Origin: an uncultured virus (IMG/VR IMGVR_UViG_2888703769_000002)
Taxonomy: Duplodnaviria > Heunggongvirae > Uroviricota > Caudoviricetes
Length of the DNA stretch: 64,000 nt
Reading direction: 5' to 3' (one strand)
Virus record (IMG/VR): IMGVR_UViG_2888703769_000002
A program made the position numbers and the translations under genes. The notes beneath the pieces are model-generated. The model ran no database searches and was not told where the DNA came from. It saw nothing but the letters and a program-made list of their open reading frames with translations. Position 1 is the stretch's first letter; the number at the start of each line of letters is the position of its first letter. Below, in pieces: positions 27,970 to 37,345 of this stretch.

Positions 27970-28403
27970 AACGTTTAGTCAAATCGCTTGTAATCACCGC
28001 TACCTTATTAACCGGCACTATTGCGCTGGCTCCGCAAGCTGACGCGGCATGGTCGGGCTGGCAGACGGAGAAGTTCGGACACAAGGCGCGGGTATATACG
28101 GACGCAACCACGTACAGTAGTAGCGCAAGCACGGTCGACTGGAAAGCCGAGAAGAAAGGCGGCGCAACGCTGTACTACACGGCCGGCGTTTATAAAAAGC
28201 GCAGCGGCGGCGGGATGACTGAAACCGGCTTGTTACAACGCGGAAGCTTCAAGACATCAACGCCGCTGAAGTCGTTTAGTGCGAAATCGATCCGCAGCAA
28301 GACCGGCAAAGGCACCTACGTTATCCAGATCGACTGCTATTCGGATTCAGGCAAGCGCAAATACGTCGGTACGTTTGAGTCAGCGAAATTCAACGTTAAA
28401 TAA
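27966..28403 (+). CDS. Secreted basic beta-rich protein
   Basis: GAGGAGG RBS; Sec signal MKRLVKSLV...ADA. Confidence 0.8.
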   Translation: MKRLVKSLVITATLLTGTIALAPQADAAWSGWQTEKFGHKARVYTDATTYSSSASTVDWKAEKKGGATLYYTAGVYKKRSGGGMTETGLLQRGSFKTSTPLKSFSAKSIRSKTGKGTYVIQIDCYSDSGKRKYVGTFESAKFNVK

Positions 28404-28533
28404 TGAACGAACTGAGCCGTTTCAAGCTTTCGGATACCTATCGTACCTGAACGCGTCTGAAGCGGCTCTCTCGTTGTAATTTCGTGGTATAATCGTTCTA
28501 TACAACGATGTAGGACACGGAGGTACAGCGAAA

Positions 28534-28713
28534 ATGGAGGAAAAATACGAGACTAACGGCATTGATACGTCGATCACTTACGAATACAAGGAATTTCCGG
28601 ACAAGCGCGCAGGACGATGCGACAACTGTGACTATACGCTGTTCAAAAGCTCGGTGAAGAGCGGAAAGTTTTTGCGCGAATGTAGAAGATGCGGAATGAA
28701 AAAGAATATATAA
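28534..28713 (+). CDS. Small Zn-ribbon protein (59 aa)
   Basis: CDNC...CRRC; GGAGG RBS. Confidence 0.65.
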   Translation: MEEKYETNGIDTSITYEYKEFPDKRAGRCDNCDYTLFKSSVKSGKFLRECRRCGMKKNI

Positions 28714-28727
28714 AAGAGGTGTATCGT

Positions 28728-29087
28728 TTGGACTTATTGCAAGAAATCATTCAATTACGAGAAAGAGAGCAATCGGTTAACAAAACGGCGTATGAGCAAG
28801 ACGGCGGAAGAAATCCAGGAGCAATTATCACATATAAACCTATTGGAGATTCGAGACACCGTTTTCTAGGAATCAATCTTCACGGATGGAACATTTCCGT
28901 GGAAGAAGAAGAAGAAAAAAGTGTAACTGCGACTGGTGAGGTTATCGAAAGACGTAAGGTTATTGAGAGAAGAGAATTGACTGACGAGGATGTTGTCAAT
29001 CTTATTAACAGCCACGATTTCACCCTACAAGAAATGAATAGATTATTAAATAGATTTAAAGCTTCCGGAATATTTAAAGAGAATTAA
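28728..29087 (+). CDS. Hypothetical protein
   Basis: ORF with AGAGGTG RBS; low GC. Confidence 0.65.
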   Translation: MDLLQEIIQLREREQSVNKTAYEQDGGRNPGAIITYKPIGDSRHRFLGINLHGWNISVEEEEEKSVTATGEVIERRKVIERRELTDEDVVNLINSHDFTLQEMNRLLNRFKASGIFKEN

Positions 29088-29178
29088 TTAACCATAAATT
29101 ACCAGTACCTAATCACTTCGTTCTAGCCGACTCTTACTATATCATTATAGTATTACGAAGCTGAAACGAGGTGATTTT

Positions 29179-29991
29179 TTGTTTATTTCGCCAATGCTAT
29201 TAGAGTCCGCAAAAGACCCGTTCGACTCTGACGATTACATTACGGAAATCAAATTCGACGGTATCCGTCTGCTCGCGTCCAAAGATGACGGCCGAATACG
29301 CCTCTACACGCGCCACAACAACGAAGTCACCGCTAAATTCCCCGAACTCCACACGTTACAGATTCCGGACGGCACCGTTTTAGATGGCGAGCTTATTGTG
29401 CCCGGACCGACAGGCGCCGGAGACTTCGAGGCTATGATGGAGCGGTTTCAATCACGAAGAAGTTATCATCCGATAGTATTCTGCGTATTTGATATATTGC
29501 GTCTCGACGGCGTATCGGTTACGTCGAAACCGTTATATGAGCGGAAGGAATTATTAAGCGGCCTTGCCCTCGATCATCCAAACGTTAAGATTGTCGATAA
29601 CGTTGCCGGCAATGGCCGCGCTGTTTTCGAATTAGCGAAAAGCTCCGGCATTGAAGGAGTCGTTATGAAGCGCGCTAATTCGTCCTACGAGGAAAATAAG
29701 CGGTCAGATCGATGGTTGAAGATCGTTAATTACGAGTATACGGACATTTGGATTACGGGTTATCGGAAAGAGGATAATGCGTTTGTTTTAGCGTATGAAG
29801 ACGGTGCTTATGCGGGGCTGATGGAGTTTATGCCGCACGCTGAACGGCGGAGATTTCATTCGGAGCGGAAAGACGTAGGAGAAACGGATAAATACGTGAA
29901 TATAGAGCCGATAAAATGCCGTGTGAAGCACCGATTTAAGACGCGCAAAGGACTGCTGCGGATACCTTCGTTTGATTCGTGGAAGAGCTGA
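29179..29991 (+). CDS. ATP-dependent DNA ligase (SPbeta LigB-like)
   Basis: EIKFDGIR adenylation motif, LDGEL, EGVVMK. Confidence 0.93.
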   Translation: MFISPMLLESAKDPFDSDDYITEIKFDGIRLLASKDDGRIRLYTRHNNEVTAKFPELHTLQIPDGTVLDGELIVPGPTGAGDFEAMMERFQSRRSYHPIVFCVFDILRLDGVSVTSKPLYERKELLSGLALDHPNVKIVDNVAGNGRAVFELAKSSGIEGVVMKRANSSYEENKRSDRWLKIVNYEYTDIWITGYRKEDNAFVLAYEDGAYAGLMEFMPHAERRRFHSERKDVGETDKYVNIEPIKCRVKHRFKTRKGLLRIPSFDSWKS

Positions 29992-30030
29992 TGATATATT
30001 TAATGCATAAACACCGAAGGAGCTATACGA

Positions 30031-30192
30031 ATGGACGAAAAACAATACGCTCGCATTGCGCTTACAAACGGGCAGATTGCGCGCTTTGAATTACCTACGA
30101 ACCTAAACAGCCGAGACATGGCTATCTTAAAATCGCAGATCGAAGTTCTTGAATTACAAACGGAAGATGACGAAGAAAAGACGCCCGCATAA
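30031..30192 (+). CDS. Small hypothetical protein (53 aa)
   Basis: AAGGAG RBS; read manually. Confidence 0.55.
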   Translation: MDEKQYARIALTNGQIARFELPTNLNSRDMAILKSQIEVLELQTEDDEEKTPA

Positions 30193-30204
30193 GGCGTCCT
30201 TTTT
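30176..30204. terminator. Bidirectional terminator
   Basis: AAAAGACGCC CGCATAA GGCGTC CTTTT. Confidence 0.7.
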
Positions 30205-30320
30205 CGTTTTATGCTCCGCGTGATGCGCTTTCCGCTGGACCTGCGCCTCTGATAATGCTTTCTAACGGATTAGCTCCCGGTTTAATCTCTCCCATTCGTC
30301 TCACCTCCGATATAGTAAAA

Positions 30321-31121
30321 TTATACCTTCTTAACGTTGAACAGCGCAATCAGCGTTTTGTCCGGCGTCTTTGATTGTCGATAGAATACGTTAGGATTAA
30401 ACGTGTAGCGCTCCGGCTCGCTTCCGACCTTAATGCGCGCAACAACGTATTCGCCGTCGAATTTCATCTGCTTCAGGCGCCGGCCAAGCGTATCCGAAGT
30501 AACGCCAATCGCCGCCGCAAGTTCCTTCTTGTTGAACCAGCGGATGCGCTTCGGATTCTTTTCGAAAGGATTTGCGCACAGAGCATTTGTTTCGTAATGA
30601 ATGAATGGCAGCATACGGTAGATCAGACCGATGTCAGTCGCCTTCACTTCGCTGTACACCCGTTTAATCTTCGCGCTGTAAAGCTTGACGACTTGCTGGC
30701 TACCGAAATTCCCTTTGAAATGATAGCGCTCATTTACGCTGTAGCGGCCGCCCTCTTCCCGGATAATATCGTGCTCGGTACAAGCGGAAAGGAAGTCGTA
30801 AAAGGTCCGGGGTTTTTTACCGAGCTGCAAAACGTCCACCATGTCCGCAGTGGTCATCGGCGTTTTGTTGCGGCTAGACTTGATAAGGACACCGTTGTAA
30901 TCGACGTAGCATTGAAGCAGCATCAGGTAGCCGCACTGTGCCGTCGTAAGAGCGTCATAGACTTCGTGAATATTAGACATATTGGCGTTTGAGAAATCGC
31001 GCCGATCGGCCGTCTTTTCTTGTTGCTGTCGAAAGGCATCGTCTTGGTTTCGGTGCCGCAGCGTGTACATTTCCGACCAGTCTTCGCCTGTCTCCGTATT
31101 AATAACTCGTAATCTCTTCAT
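30321..31121 (-). CDS. Double winged-HTH DNA-binding protein (RepL-like)
   Basis: INTETGE start; two HTH-plus-wing repeats ending YSVNERY and YTFNPNVF. Confidence 0.6.
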   Translation of the reverse strand: MKRLRVINTETGEDWSEMYTLRHRNQDDAFRQQQEKTADRRDFSNANMSNIHEVYDALTTAQCGYLMLLQCYVDYNGVLIKSSRNKTPMTTADMVDVLQLGKKPRTFYDFLSACTEHDIIREEGGRYSVNERYHFKGNFGSQQVVKLYSAKIKRVYSEVKATDIGLIYRMLPFIHYETNALCANPFEKNPKRIRWFNKKELAAAIGVTSDTLGRRLKQMKFDGEYVVARIKVGSEPERYTFNPNVFYRQSKTPDKTLIALFNVKKV

Positions 31122-31208
31122 TAAATCGTCTCCTTTTTCGCAAAATAAAAGAGCGCTGAACGGGCGCCCTCATAACGTATAGACAACTAACGCGATAAAA
31201 TATAGGTA

Positions 31209-31697
31209 TCAGTGATAAACTTTTTCGCCGGTAGCGATATTTACGGTGAACTGGCCGTCCGACCTTCCATTAACGAATGCCGAATAGCGTTTCCTGCGCT
31301 CTTCATTCCGTGCCTTGGCGCGCCTATCGAGTAATTTATTTTCGTAAGAAGAGCGTGGCCTGCGTATCGGTCGGCCTTTATAAGAGCCGGTTTGGTCGTA
31401 TTCCTCTGCCAATTTATCCGAAGCTTCACGTTTGTATCTCTCGTCGAACTGGGTTTCGCTCATGATCGGGTACTCTTCCCGGGATACTTTATCGGCATGA
31501 GTGTCGGACAATTCTTCGTAAAGTACGAGATTAGCCATTCGCTCAAGCGCTGACTGCTCCGGATGCTCTCCGGTAGAATCGAAGTAAGCGTCCGACAAGG
31601 CCGTTATTGCCTCAATACGTTCCTGCCGCGTCATCTTGCCGGCCTTAGTGCGTGTGTACATTTCCGTAATCGTTTCGTGCAAAATCGCTTTATCCAT
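31209..31697 (-). CDS. Conserved hypothetical phage protein, coupled to the sigma-region-4 gene
   Basis: ORF overlapping the upstream stop; EEYPIMSETQ motif. Confidence 0.7.
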   Translation of the reverse strand: MDKAILHETITEMYTRTKAGKMTRQERIEAITALSDAYFDSTGEHPEQSALERMANLVLYEELSDTHADKVSREEYPIMSETQFDERYKREASDKLAEEYDQTGSYKGRPIRRPRSSYENKLLDRRAKARNEERRKRYSAFVNGRSDGQFTVNIATGEKVYH

Positions 31698-32079
31698 TAA
31701 TTCGTCCCCCTGTCGTGTATCCTTCGCCGTGGCCGGCCCAATAGTAATAAATGTCCGCAATCTTCTCCGCAGCACGATCGATGGTTTCAGATAACGTGTT
31801 TTGCGCAATACCTATCCGTTCGCCCGCCTCGGCTTGCGTTAGTTCGCCGAAGTAAACGAGCTCGATCGCCTGCCGCTGCCTATCCGTTAAGCCGGCGAGC
31901 TCGATCGCCTTGTGTATGTCGATTAGTACTTCCACGGCCGCATAGTCGCCACAGCGCTTCCGGCTGACGAACTTCTGGTAATCGGCGAGCAGCAACTTAA
32001 CGCCTTCTGCGTTATCTAGCGCATATGCGTCGTGGAATTCGCGGTCCTTACGGTGTAGATCAATTTTTGTAACGCCCAT
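31690..32079 (-). CDS. Sigma-70 region 4-like HTH protein, probable late regulator
   Basis: LTDRQRQAIELVYFGELTQAEAGERIGI. Confidence 0.8.
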   Translation of the reverse strand: MGVTKIDLHRKDREFHDAYALDNAEGVKLLLADYQKFVSRKRCGDYAAVEVLIDIHKAIELAGLTDRQRQAIELVYFGELTQAEAGERIGIAQNTLSETIDRAAEKIADIYYYWAGHGEGYTTGGRING

Positions 32080-32097
32080 CCCTTCGTCCCCTTTCGT

Positions 32098-32126
32098 TTG
32101 ACTTTCGTCCCAAAAGCGAATATAAT
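32098..32126 (+). promoter_or_regulatory. SigA promoter
   Basis: TTGACT-17 bp-TATAAT. Confidence 0.85.
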
Positions 32127-32148
32127 TTCCGTATAATGTATAATCGAG

Positions 32149-32538
32149 GTGAATTGCGTGGTTATTAACTGGATTTCAGCGCAAAGTAATGACGCTTACA
32201 TAACGCTTGATAAACAACGAAGAATATACGTTTCGTCCGGCGCACGTAAAATCATCGGTCTGCCTGACAAAGCTCCGTTTTACTTGACGATTGGCTATGA
32301 TGACGAAGCGAATCGGCTCGTTTGCGCAAAGCCTGAAACCGTAAAGGCTGATGCGGCTCCGTTCAAATTCGATAAGCGCTCGTATAATAAAGCCGCAAGC
32401 AAAGTAATTAAGGCGGCCGGCTTCAAAGACGAGGACCTTCCGCTACGTTTTCAGATGATTGGCGAAGAGGAGGCCGCGAAGCAGCCGTATATGGCGTACC
32501 CTTCCGGTGTTTATGCTTTCGATTTAAATCGTAGCTGA
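32149..32538 (+). CDS. Hypothetical protein, possible AbrB/MraZ-like fold
   Basis: ITLDKQRRIYVSSGARK; has its own promoter and RBS. Confidence 0.6.
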   Translation: MNCVVINWISAQSNDAYITLDKQRRIYVSSGARKIIGLPDKAPFYLTIGYDDEANRLVCAKPETVKADAAPFKFDKRSYNKAASKVIKAAGFKDEDLPLRFQMIGEEEAAKQPYMAYPSGVYAFDLNRS

Positions 32539-33731
32539 TCCGCCAAGGCACATCCGATATACCACGCTACACGCGAAGCAATTCCGTTTCCTACGATCCG
32601 ATACTGCGCCGATAAAGAAATATCGTCTGGCAGGATGTATGTGTCTGGCGCAGATTGGATTCGGAGACATTCACGGACGGTGAATCGTCGTGGTGCTTCG
32701 GTCGGATGGATCGGCTGTCCGCTGTTATGATGCGCCGGAATCGTATTAGACGGTTTATCTAGCGATTGCACGCGGTTAGCTTGGCCGTACGTGTATTCGC
32801 TTTTTGGCGTCCAATACTTTCCGCAATCTTGGCGCTCAGGCTCAGGCAAATCCCCGATGACGTCCCGCAACACTCTCGTCTGATAATCGCCTTCTAACGG
32901 CTTCGGAAACTCGAAAGTGAATCCGAGGTCTTTTCGTATTCCGACGATGAACACGCGCTCTCGCTTCTGTGCTACTCCGTAGTCCCACGCGCTCATAACT
33001 CGCCAACTAATCTCGTAACCTATTTCGTTAAACTTCTCGATAAACGCGTCGAATGTAGGACGGTGGCGTTTCGTTATCAATCCCTTAACGTTTTCAAACA
33101 CGAAGGCTTTCGGCTGCTTTCGTTCAATGATTTCGAGATACCGCCATACGAGTTTACCGCGTTCCCCGTCTGCTCCGGCACCCTTACCCGCAACCGAGAA
33201 GTCTTGGCATGGCGGCCCTCCGAATATAACGTCGGTATCCGGCAAGCTGTCGATATCTACTGCGCTAATATCCGCCTGTTCAACGTAATCGCCGAAATTG
33301 TGACGGTATGCTTTAACGGCATTCTTATCGAAGTCCAGCGCCTTCACAATATTGTAGCCGGCCGCTTTAAAGCCGATTGCACCGAGTCCGCCTCCGCAGA
33401 ATAGTTCGAGCACATTCATTCCGTTCGTCGGCTGTTGTGGCGTTAAATTAAAGTCGCCCATATATTCGCTCCTCTCGATCGATTCAGTTGGATGTAGATG
33501 GCACGTAGCTTTCGCTATTACCGAAGCCGTGACCGTTAAAGCCGGCTCATCCCAGGACATCTTGCGAAGATAGGCCGTTTTCCCACCTCCGCTGTAAAAC
33601 GACCCTTTCATAAACGCTTTTTGTTCGTCTTCAGGTAGGCTACGCCAGTTTCCGCCGTCCGGGATTTTGTGTGCATAGGGTTTCTCATCATTTCGCACTC
33701 CGTATCCGTAATGATTCGGAATCATCTTCAC
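32511..33731 (-). CDS. DNA (cytosine-5)-methyltransferase with an extra N-terminal TRD-like segment
   Basis: ELFCGGG, GGPPCQDFS, FENVKG, QKRERVF, IVGNGI. Confidence 0.93.
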   Translation of the reverse strand: MKMIPNHYGYGVRNDEKPYAHKIPDGGNWRSLPEDEQKAFMKGSFYSGGGKTAYLRKMSWDEPALTVTASVIAKATCHLHPTESIERSEYMGDFNLTPQQPTNGMNVLELFCGGGLGAIGFKAAGYNIVKALDFDKNAVKAYRHNFGDYVEQADISAVDIDSLPDTDVIFGGPPCQDFSVAGKGAGADGERGKLVWRYLEIIERKQPKAFVFENVKGLITKRHRPTFDAFIEKFNEIGYEISWRVMSAWDYGVAQKRERVFIVGIRKDLGFTFEFPKPLEGDYQTRVLRDVIGDLPEPERQDCGKYWTPKSEYTYGQANRVQSLDKPSNTIPAHHNSGQPIHPTEAPRRFTVRECLRIQSAPDTYILPDDISLSAQYRIVGNGIASRVAWYIGCALADQLRFKSKA

Positions 33732-34300
33732 CTAACGCCCACCTCCGCCATTAATTCGTCCAGTTTCGCATAGAGCTTCTCGTACGTACCATCGTTAACA
33801 ATTTCGTAATCAACTTCGAAAGTTTGCAGCGCTTTTTCAGTCGGATGATCGAGCGCTGCTAAATCGAAATCGTCGCTGGCCTTTTGTGCGCGTTCGATCC
33901 GTAATTCCTCCGGCGCTGTGATGCGGACGATAGTAAATCCTTCGGCGCGCAGCCGGTCATATTCGTTCTGCTGCCGAACGTCTTCGATCAGTACGCGATT
34001 CTTCAGGGACGGTGCTAATCCGCAATCACATTTGCGAGAAAAGAGCGCCGTATATGCGTCGACTTTCGCCATACATGCGTCTATCCAGACGTTCTCGCCG
34101 AGTATCTTCCGCACCGCCTGACCGAATTCTTGATAATACCCGCGCGGCTTCGGCTTTTCAGGTACGGAAGGGAAAGCGCGATGAAAGGCGGCTTTGAGTT
34201 CGTCACTGAAGGCGAACGTTTGGAAATCGTAATACGTCGATAGATAGCCGGCGGCCTGCGACTTGCCTGCGCGTAACGGTGCGGTTAGGGCGAGCTTCAT
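33728..34300 (-). CDS. Deoxynucleoside monophosphate kinase
   Basis: P-loop APLRAGKS, FSDELK, IEDVRQQNE, HPTE. Confidence 0.8.
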   Translation of the reverse strand: MKLALTAPLRAGKSQAAGYLSTYYDFQTFAFSDELKAAFHRAFPSVPEKPKPRGYYQEFGQAVRKILGENVWIDACMAKVDAYTALFSRKCDCGLAPSLKNRVLIEDVRQQNEYDRLRAEGFTIVRITAPEELRIERAQKASDDFDLAALDHPTEKALQTFEVDYEIVNDGTYEKLYAKLDELMAEVGVR

Positions 34301-35247
34301 GGGCGCACACCAACATTATTAAATTCGAGGTCAATCGAACTGCCTATTCGAGAATCCGCCTCAATCTCCAAGCGTGAAATATTTTCGATCTTTTTTCCTC
34401 GCCGATAAACGTCGAACTCTCCTCGCCCTTCATGAATAACGAGTACAAACGGCGCGCTTTCGATAGTACTTTCGCTCTCAACCGGATTCTTCAACCGCGC
34501 TAGCTCTTCGCCGAGCGTCCGATTGTCTTTGTGGAGCGTGTCAATTTCGTCTCTATGGCGATCGACTGTCCGTTTTAAATACGCAACCTCCTGCGCTAAA
34601 CTGGCGATAACGTCGATTGGATCGGCTGGCTGCGGTTCGTCTTCGGCGGCTTCTACTGGCACAAGAACGCGGTAATGATTGTGTGAAAAACCAACAATGA
34701 CAGCGCCGCTAGGTTCTTCGTATTCAGCAACGTCAACCACTCCGGCGCCCACCGCGATGACCTCAGTGACAATTCCGTACGATTCTCCCGACTCGTTAAC
34801 GTACATAACCTTCTCGCCCACTTCCGCCTTGCGATCGATCATTTCGTAGCGCTCGCCGTCAATATGAACGATGTCGGTCGGATCGAGTACGTGATATTCA
34901 AAATCGAAGATATCTCGATGACATGCCGTCTGTATGCCCCTACTGCAACCGAGTAAACTTTCCACCTCAAATCTATATCCGTTATGATACGGCTCTTCAC
35001 ATTGAACGTCTGCGTTTACGATGACGATCTTCTCGCCGACCTCCGCTTTACGATCGACCTCAACGTATTCTCGCTTGATGCCGCCAAGTGTTTCGTCAGC
35101 CAGTACGTGGATTTTTGCGTTTGCGTTTACGATATCCTTCGCCATATTATCGATATTCCTCCTTAATATTCGATCATATTCTGATTTAGCTCTTTCCGCC
35201 TCATCACTGAACCAATCCACCCGATCGCCCTCCATAAATGACGTCAT
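34297..35247 (-). CDS. Hypothetical protein with repeated RKAEVGEK domains and a coiled coil
   Basis: Internal repeat DRKAEVGEK, twice. Confidence 0.7.
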   Translation of the reverse strand: MTSFMEGDRVDWFSDEAERAKSEYDRILRRNIDNMAKDIVNANAKIHVLADETLGGIKREYVEVDRKAEVGEKIVIVNADVQCEEPYHNGYRFEVESLLGCSRGIQTACHRDIFDFEYHVLDPTDIVHIDGERYEMIDRKAEVGEKVMYVNESGESYGIVTEVIAVGAGVVDVAEYEEPSGAVIVGFSHNHYRVLVPVEAAEDEPQPADPIDVIASLAQEVAYLKRTVDRHRDEIDTLHKDNRTLGEELARLKNPVESESTIESAPFVLVIHEGRGEFDVYRRGKKIENISRLEIEADSRIGSSIDLEFNNVGVRP

Positions 35248-35707
35248 TTCTAACGTTAATTAAAGCCGCCTTACAACACTTCGTTTTATAACTTTGCGGA
35301 CTGATTCCCACTCTCTTTGTCTCGGTAAAGCTTTCATTTCCGCACTCCACGCATTCGAAACGAACGATAGGTCCGAAGTATTCTAGAGTATCTGTAGGGC
35401 TGACGTTATGCTTTCGCAACTCATTCTCAAACGTAGGATATCCATCCCGATACGGCTTCTCTAGCTCGAAAAGAGCGTAATGTATCAGTTCGTGCTTCAG
35501 AGTATCAATAGCGGCCTCTTTACCCCCATAATCTAGTAAGATACCACTAAGCTCTATACAATCAGACTCCCTGCCTCTATGAATAAACTGACCTAACGTT
35601 CTTTTAAGCCTATTGTTTCTTCGTACAGGGATTCGCAGATCTATTCCGTAGTTTACTGAGAGAAATCGGCGAGCTTCTTCCGTCATTTCCTCGATAGTTA
35701 CTACCAC
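35204..35707 (-). CDS. SprT-like zinc metalloprotein
   Basis: RLKRTLG, HELIH, C-terminal Cys cluster. Confidence 0.85.
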   Translation of the reverse strand: MVVTIEEMTEEARRFLSVNYGIDLRIPVRRNNRLKRTLGQFIHRGRESDCIELSGILLDYGGKEAAIDTLKHELIHYALFELEKPYRDGYPTFENELRKHNVSPTDTLEYFGPIVRFECVECGNESFTETKRVGISPQSYKTKCCKAALINVRNDVIYGGRSGGLVQ

Positions 35708-35725
35708 TACACGGACTCCCTCCCG

Positions 35726-36292
35726 TTAATTTATTACGCGAACCTGTACCGACTGCCGCCCGAACTGTATTGCATCGGCTTCATTCGCAACTAACACGTC
35801 AATCTTGGCGCCCTTAATCGCGCCTCCAACATCTTGCGCCACCGCCTGAAACGTTGTTCCGTCTGGCTGCCGCACCTCAACCGCCGAGCCTAACGCAATA
35901 ACTGACGGATCTGCCGCTATAATGCGCTTGCCTGCGTGATAGATCGTACGGCTAACGTCTATGCCGGTCGCTGTGGTTCCGCTGCAACCTTCCGCGCAAT
36001 AAGCCGTATACGCAGACGCCTCGAACGTTTGCCAGCCGGAAGGCTCTGCGTGCTTATGCGGCGATTTTACGTGCTTTTCGTTAGACTGCGCCTTGACTTC
36101 GTCTTTTACGGAAGCAAGTTCGGATTGGAGCGTCTTTATCTTCGCATCCTTGGCCGCCAGTTCAGCGTCCTTGCCATCGATAACGGCTTCCGCCTTTTGC
36201 AGCGCGGATTCTTCCTCGGTGATTCGCGGTGGGTCTGGCGGTGGTGGCTCCGGTGGCTTGGCGGTCGGGTTCGTAAGTAATTGCGTTGACAT
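35726..36292 (-). CDS. 3D-domain cell wall protein (start uncertain)
   Basis: ASAYT, AADPSVIALGS, DVGGAIKGAKIDV. Confidence 0.88.
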   Translation of the reverse strand: MSTQLLTNPTAKPPEPPPPDPPRITEEESALQKAEAVIDGKDAELAAKDAKIKTLQSELASVKDEVKAQSNEKHVKSPHKHAEPSGWQTFEASAYTAYCAEGCSGTTATGIDVSRTIYHAGKRIIAADPSVIALGSAVEVRQPDGTTFQAVAQDVGGAIKGAKIDVLVANEADAIQFGRQSVQVRVIN

Positions 36293-36318
36293 CGCTAGAT
36301 TCGTTAGTATACCGATGC

Positions 36319-37014
36319 TTACACCTCCGTTCTTGTTAACTCGTCAATGCTAATCGGAAATTTCGGTTTAACTAACGAGTAAACCGCTTTCGCGTATTCT
36401 TGGATTTCGACTTGACTATCGTGTGCCAGACGTTGGTTCAAGAAATGCGTAACCGACTGAAGCGACGCCGTCCAGTAATAGCGTACATACATTCCGTAAG
36501 CCGGAAGGAATAAACGCGCTTGTTCTGCGCAAATTCCGCGCGATATCGCATCATTATAAAGCCATTCGCCCTTCTCTACGAAATCCATTAACTCCTCAGT
36601 AAAATCTGCGCCCTCATCAATGTCGATCGTACTCCCGCTACCTTGCTTCGAATTCTCCGGCGCTGACCGCCATTCGTCTGCTTGCGGAATATAGAACATT
36701 GGCTCTTCGGTAACATAACGCCGGCTCGATTCGTTCCATGCGTCCATCGTGTGGTCGGAGCCTACGATGTACTTCCAGTGCTGCCGCGCAACCATTAACG
36801 GCGCGTATACTTCGAACTGAAGCGTGGCATGTCGGAAAGGAGACGTATGGCCTTCTCGCGCAAGAAACTTAATAAGCCGGATGTCCTTTTCGTCTAGCTC
36901 GGTCGATTCCTTGTCGTAGGAAACGCGGGCTGAGTTAACGACAGAAAGGTCGGAGCCCATTACGTTTGTTAATCGGACATAGCCGTTGTCTAGTACGTTA
37001 ATCTTTTCGTTCAT
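36319..37014 (-). CDS. thyX: FAD-dependent thymidylate synthase
   Basis: ARVSY, GHTSPF, NESSRRY, EQARLFLP, QVEIQEYA. Confidence 0.92.
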   Translation of the reverse strand: MNEKINVLDNGYVRLTNVMGSDLSVVNSARVSYDKESTELDEKDIRLIKFLAREGHTSPFRHATLQFEVYAPLMVARQHWKYIVGSDHTMDAWNESSRRYVTEEPMFYIPQADEWRSAPENSKQGSGSTIDIDEGADFTEELMDFVEKGEWLYNDAISRGICAEQARLFLPAYGMYVRYYWTASLQSVTHFLNQRLAHDSQVEIQEYAKAVYSLVKPKFPISIDELTRTEV

Positions 37015-37235
37015 CGTTCGTCCTCCAATCGTTTTAACGCTTCACCTTTTTCGCAAATAGTTTCGTTAATCAATAATCTACGAGCTTTCTCTTTCGTAGT
37101 TATGCGGAATGTACAATCGTCTTTCCCGTACATCTCGCAGTAAACAACGTAATCGCGGAATAGGTCGTTCATGTACTCGATGTCACCACATCCGTACAGC
37201 TTACCGTTTAGAAAACACGCATATATTTGCGTCAT
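37011..37235 (-). CDS. Hypothetical phage protein
   Basis: ORF coupled to thyX. Confidence 0.7.
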   Translation of the reverse strand: MTQIYACFLNGKLYGCGDIEYMNDLFRDYVVYCEMYGKDDCTFRITTKEKARRLLINETICEKGEALKRLEDER

Positions 37236-37345
37236 CTAAGCGTCTTCCTTCGCCAGTCTCTCTAGCACGCCGCCGTTTCTTTCGTTAGCTTTTTCGCTCA
37301 ATTGCGTATGTGCGAGTAGCTGTACGTTCATTTTGGTTTCCGCCA

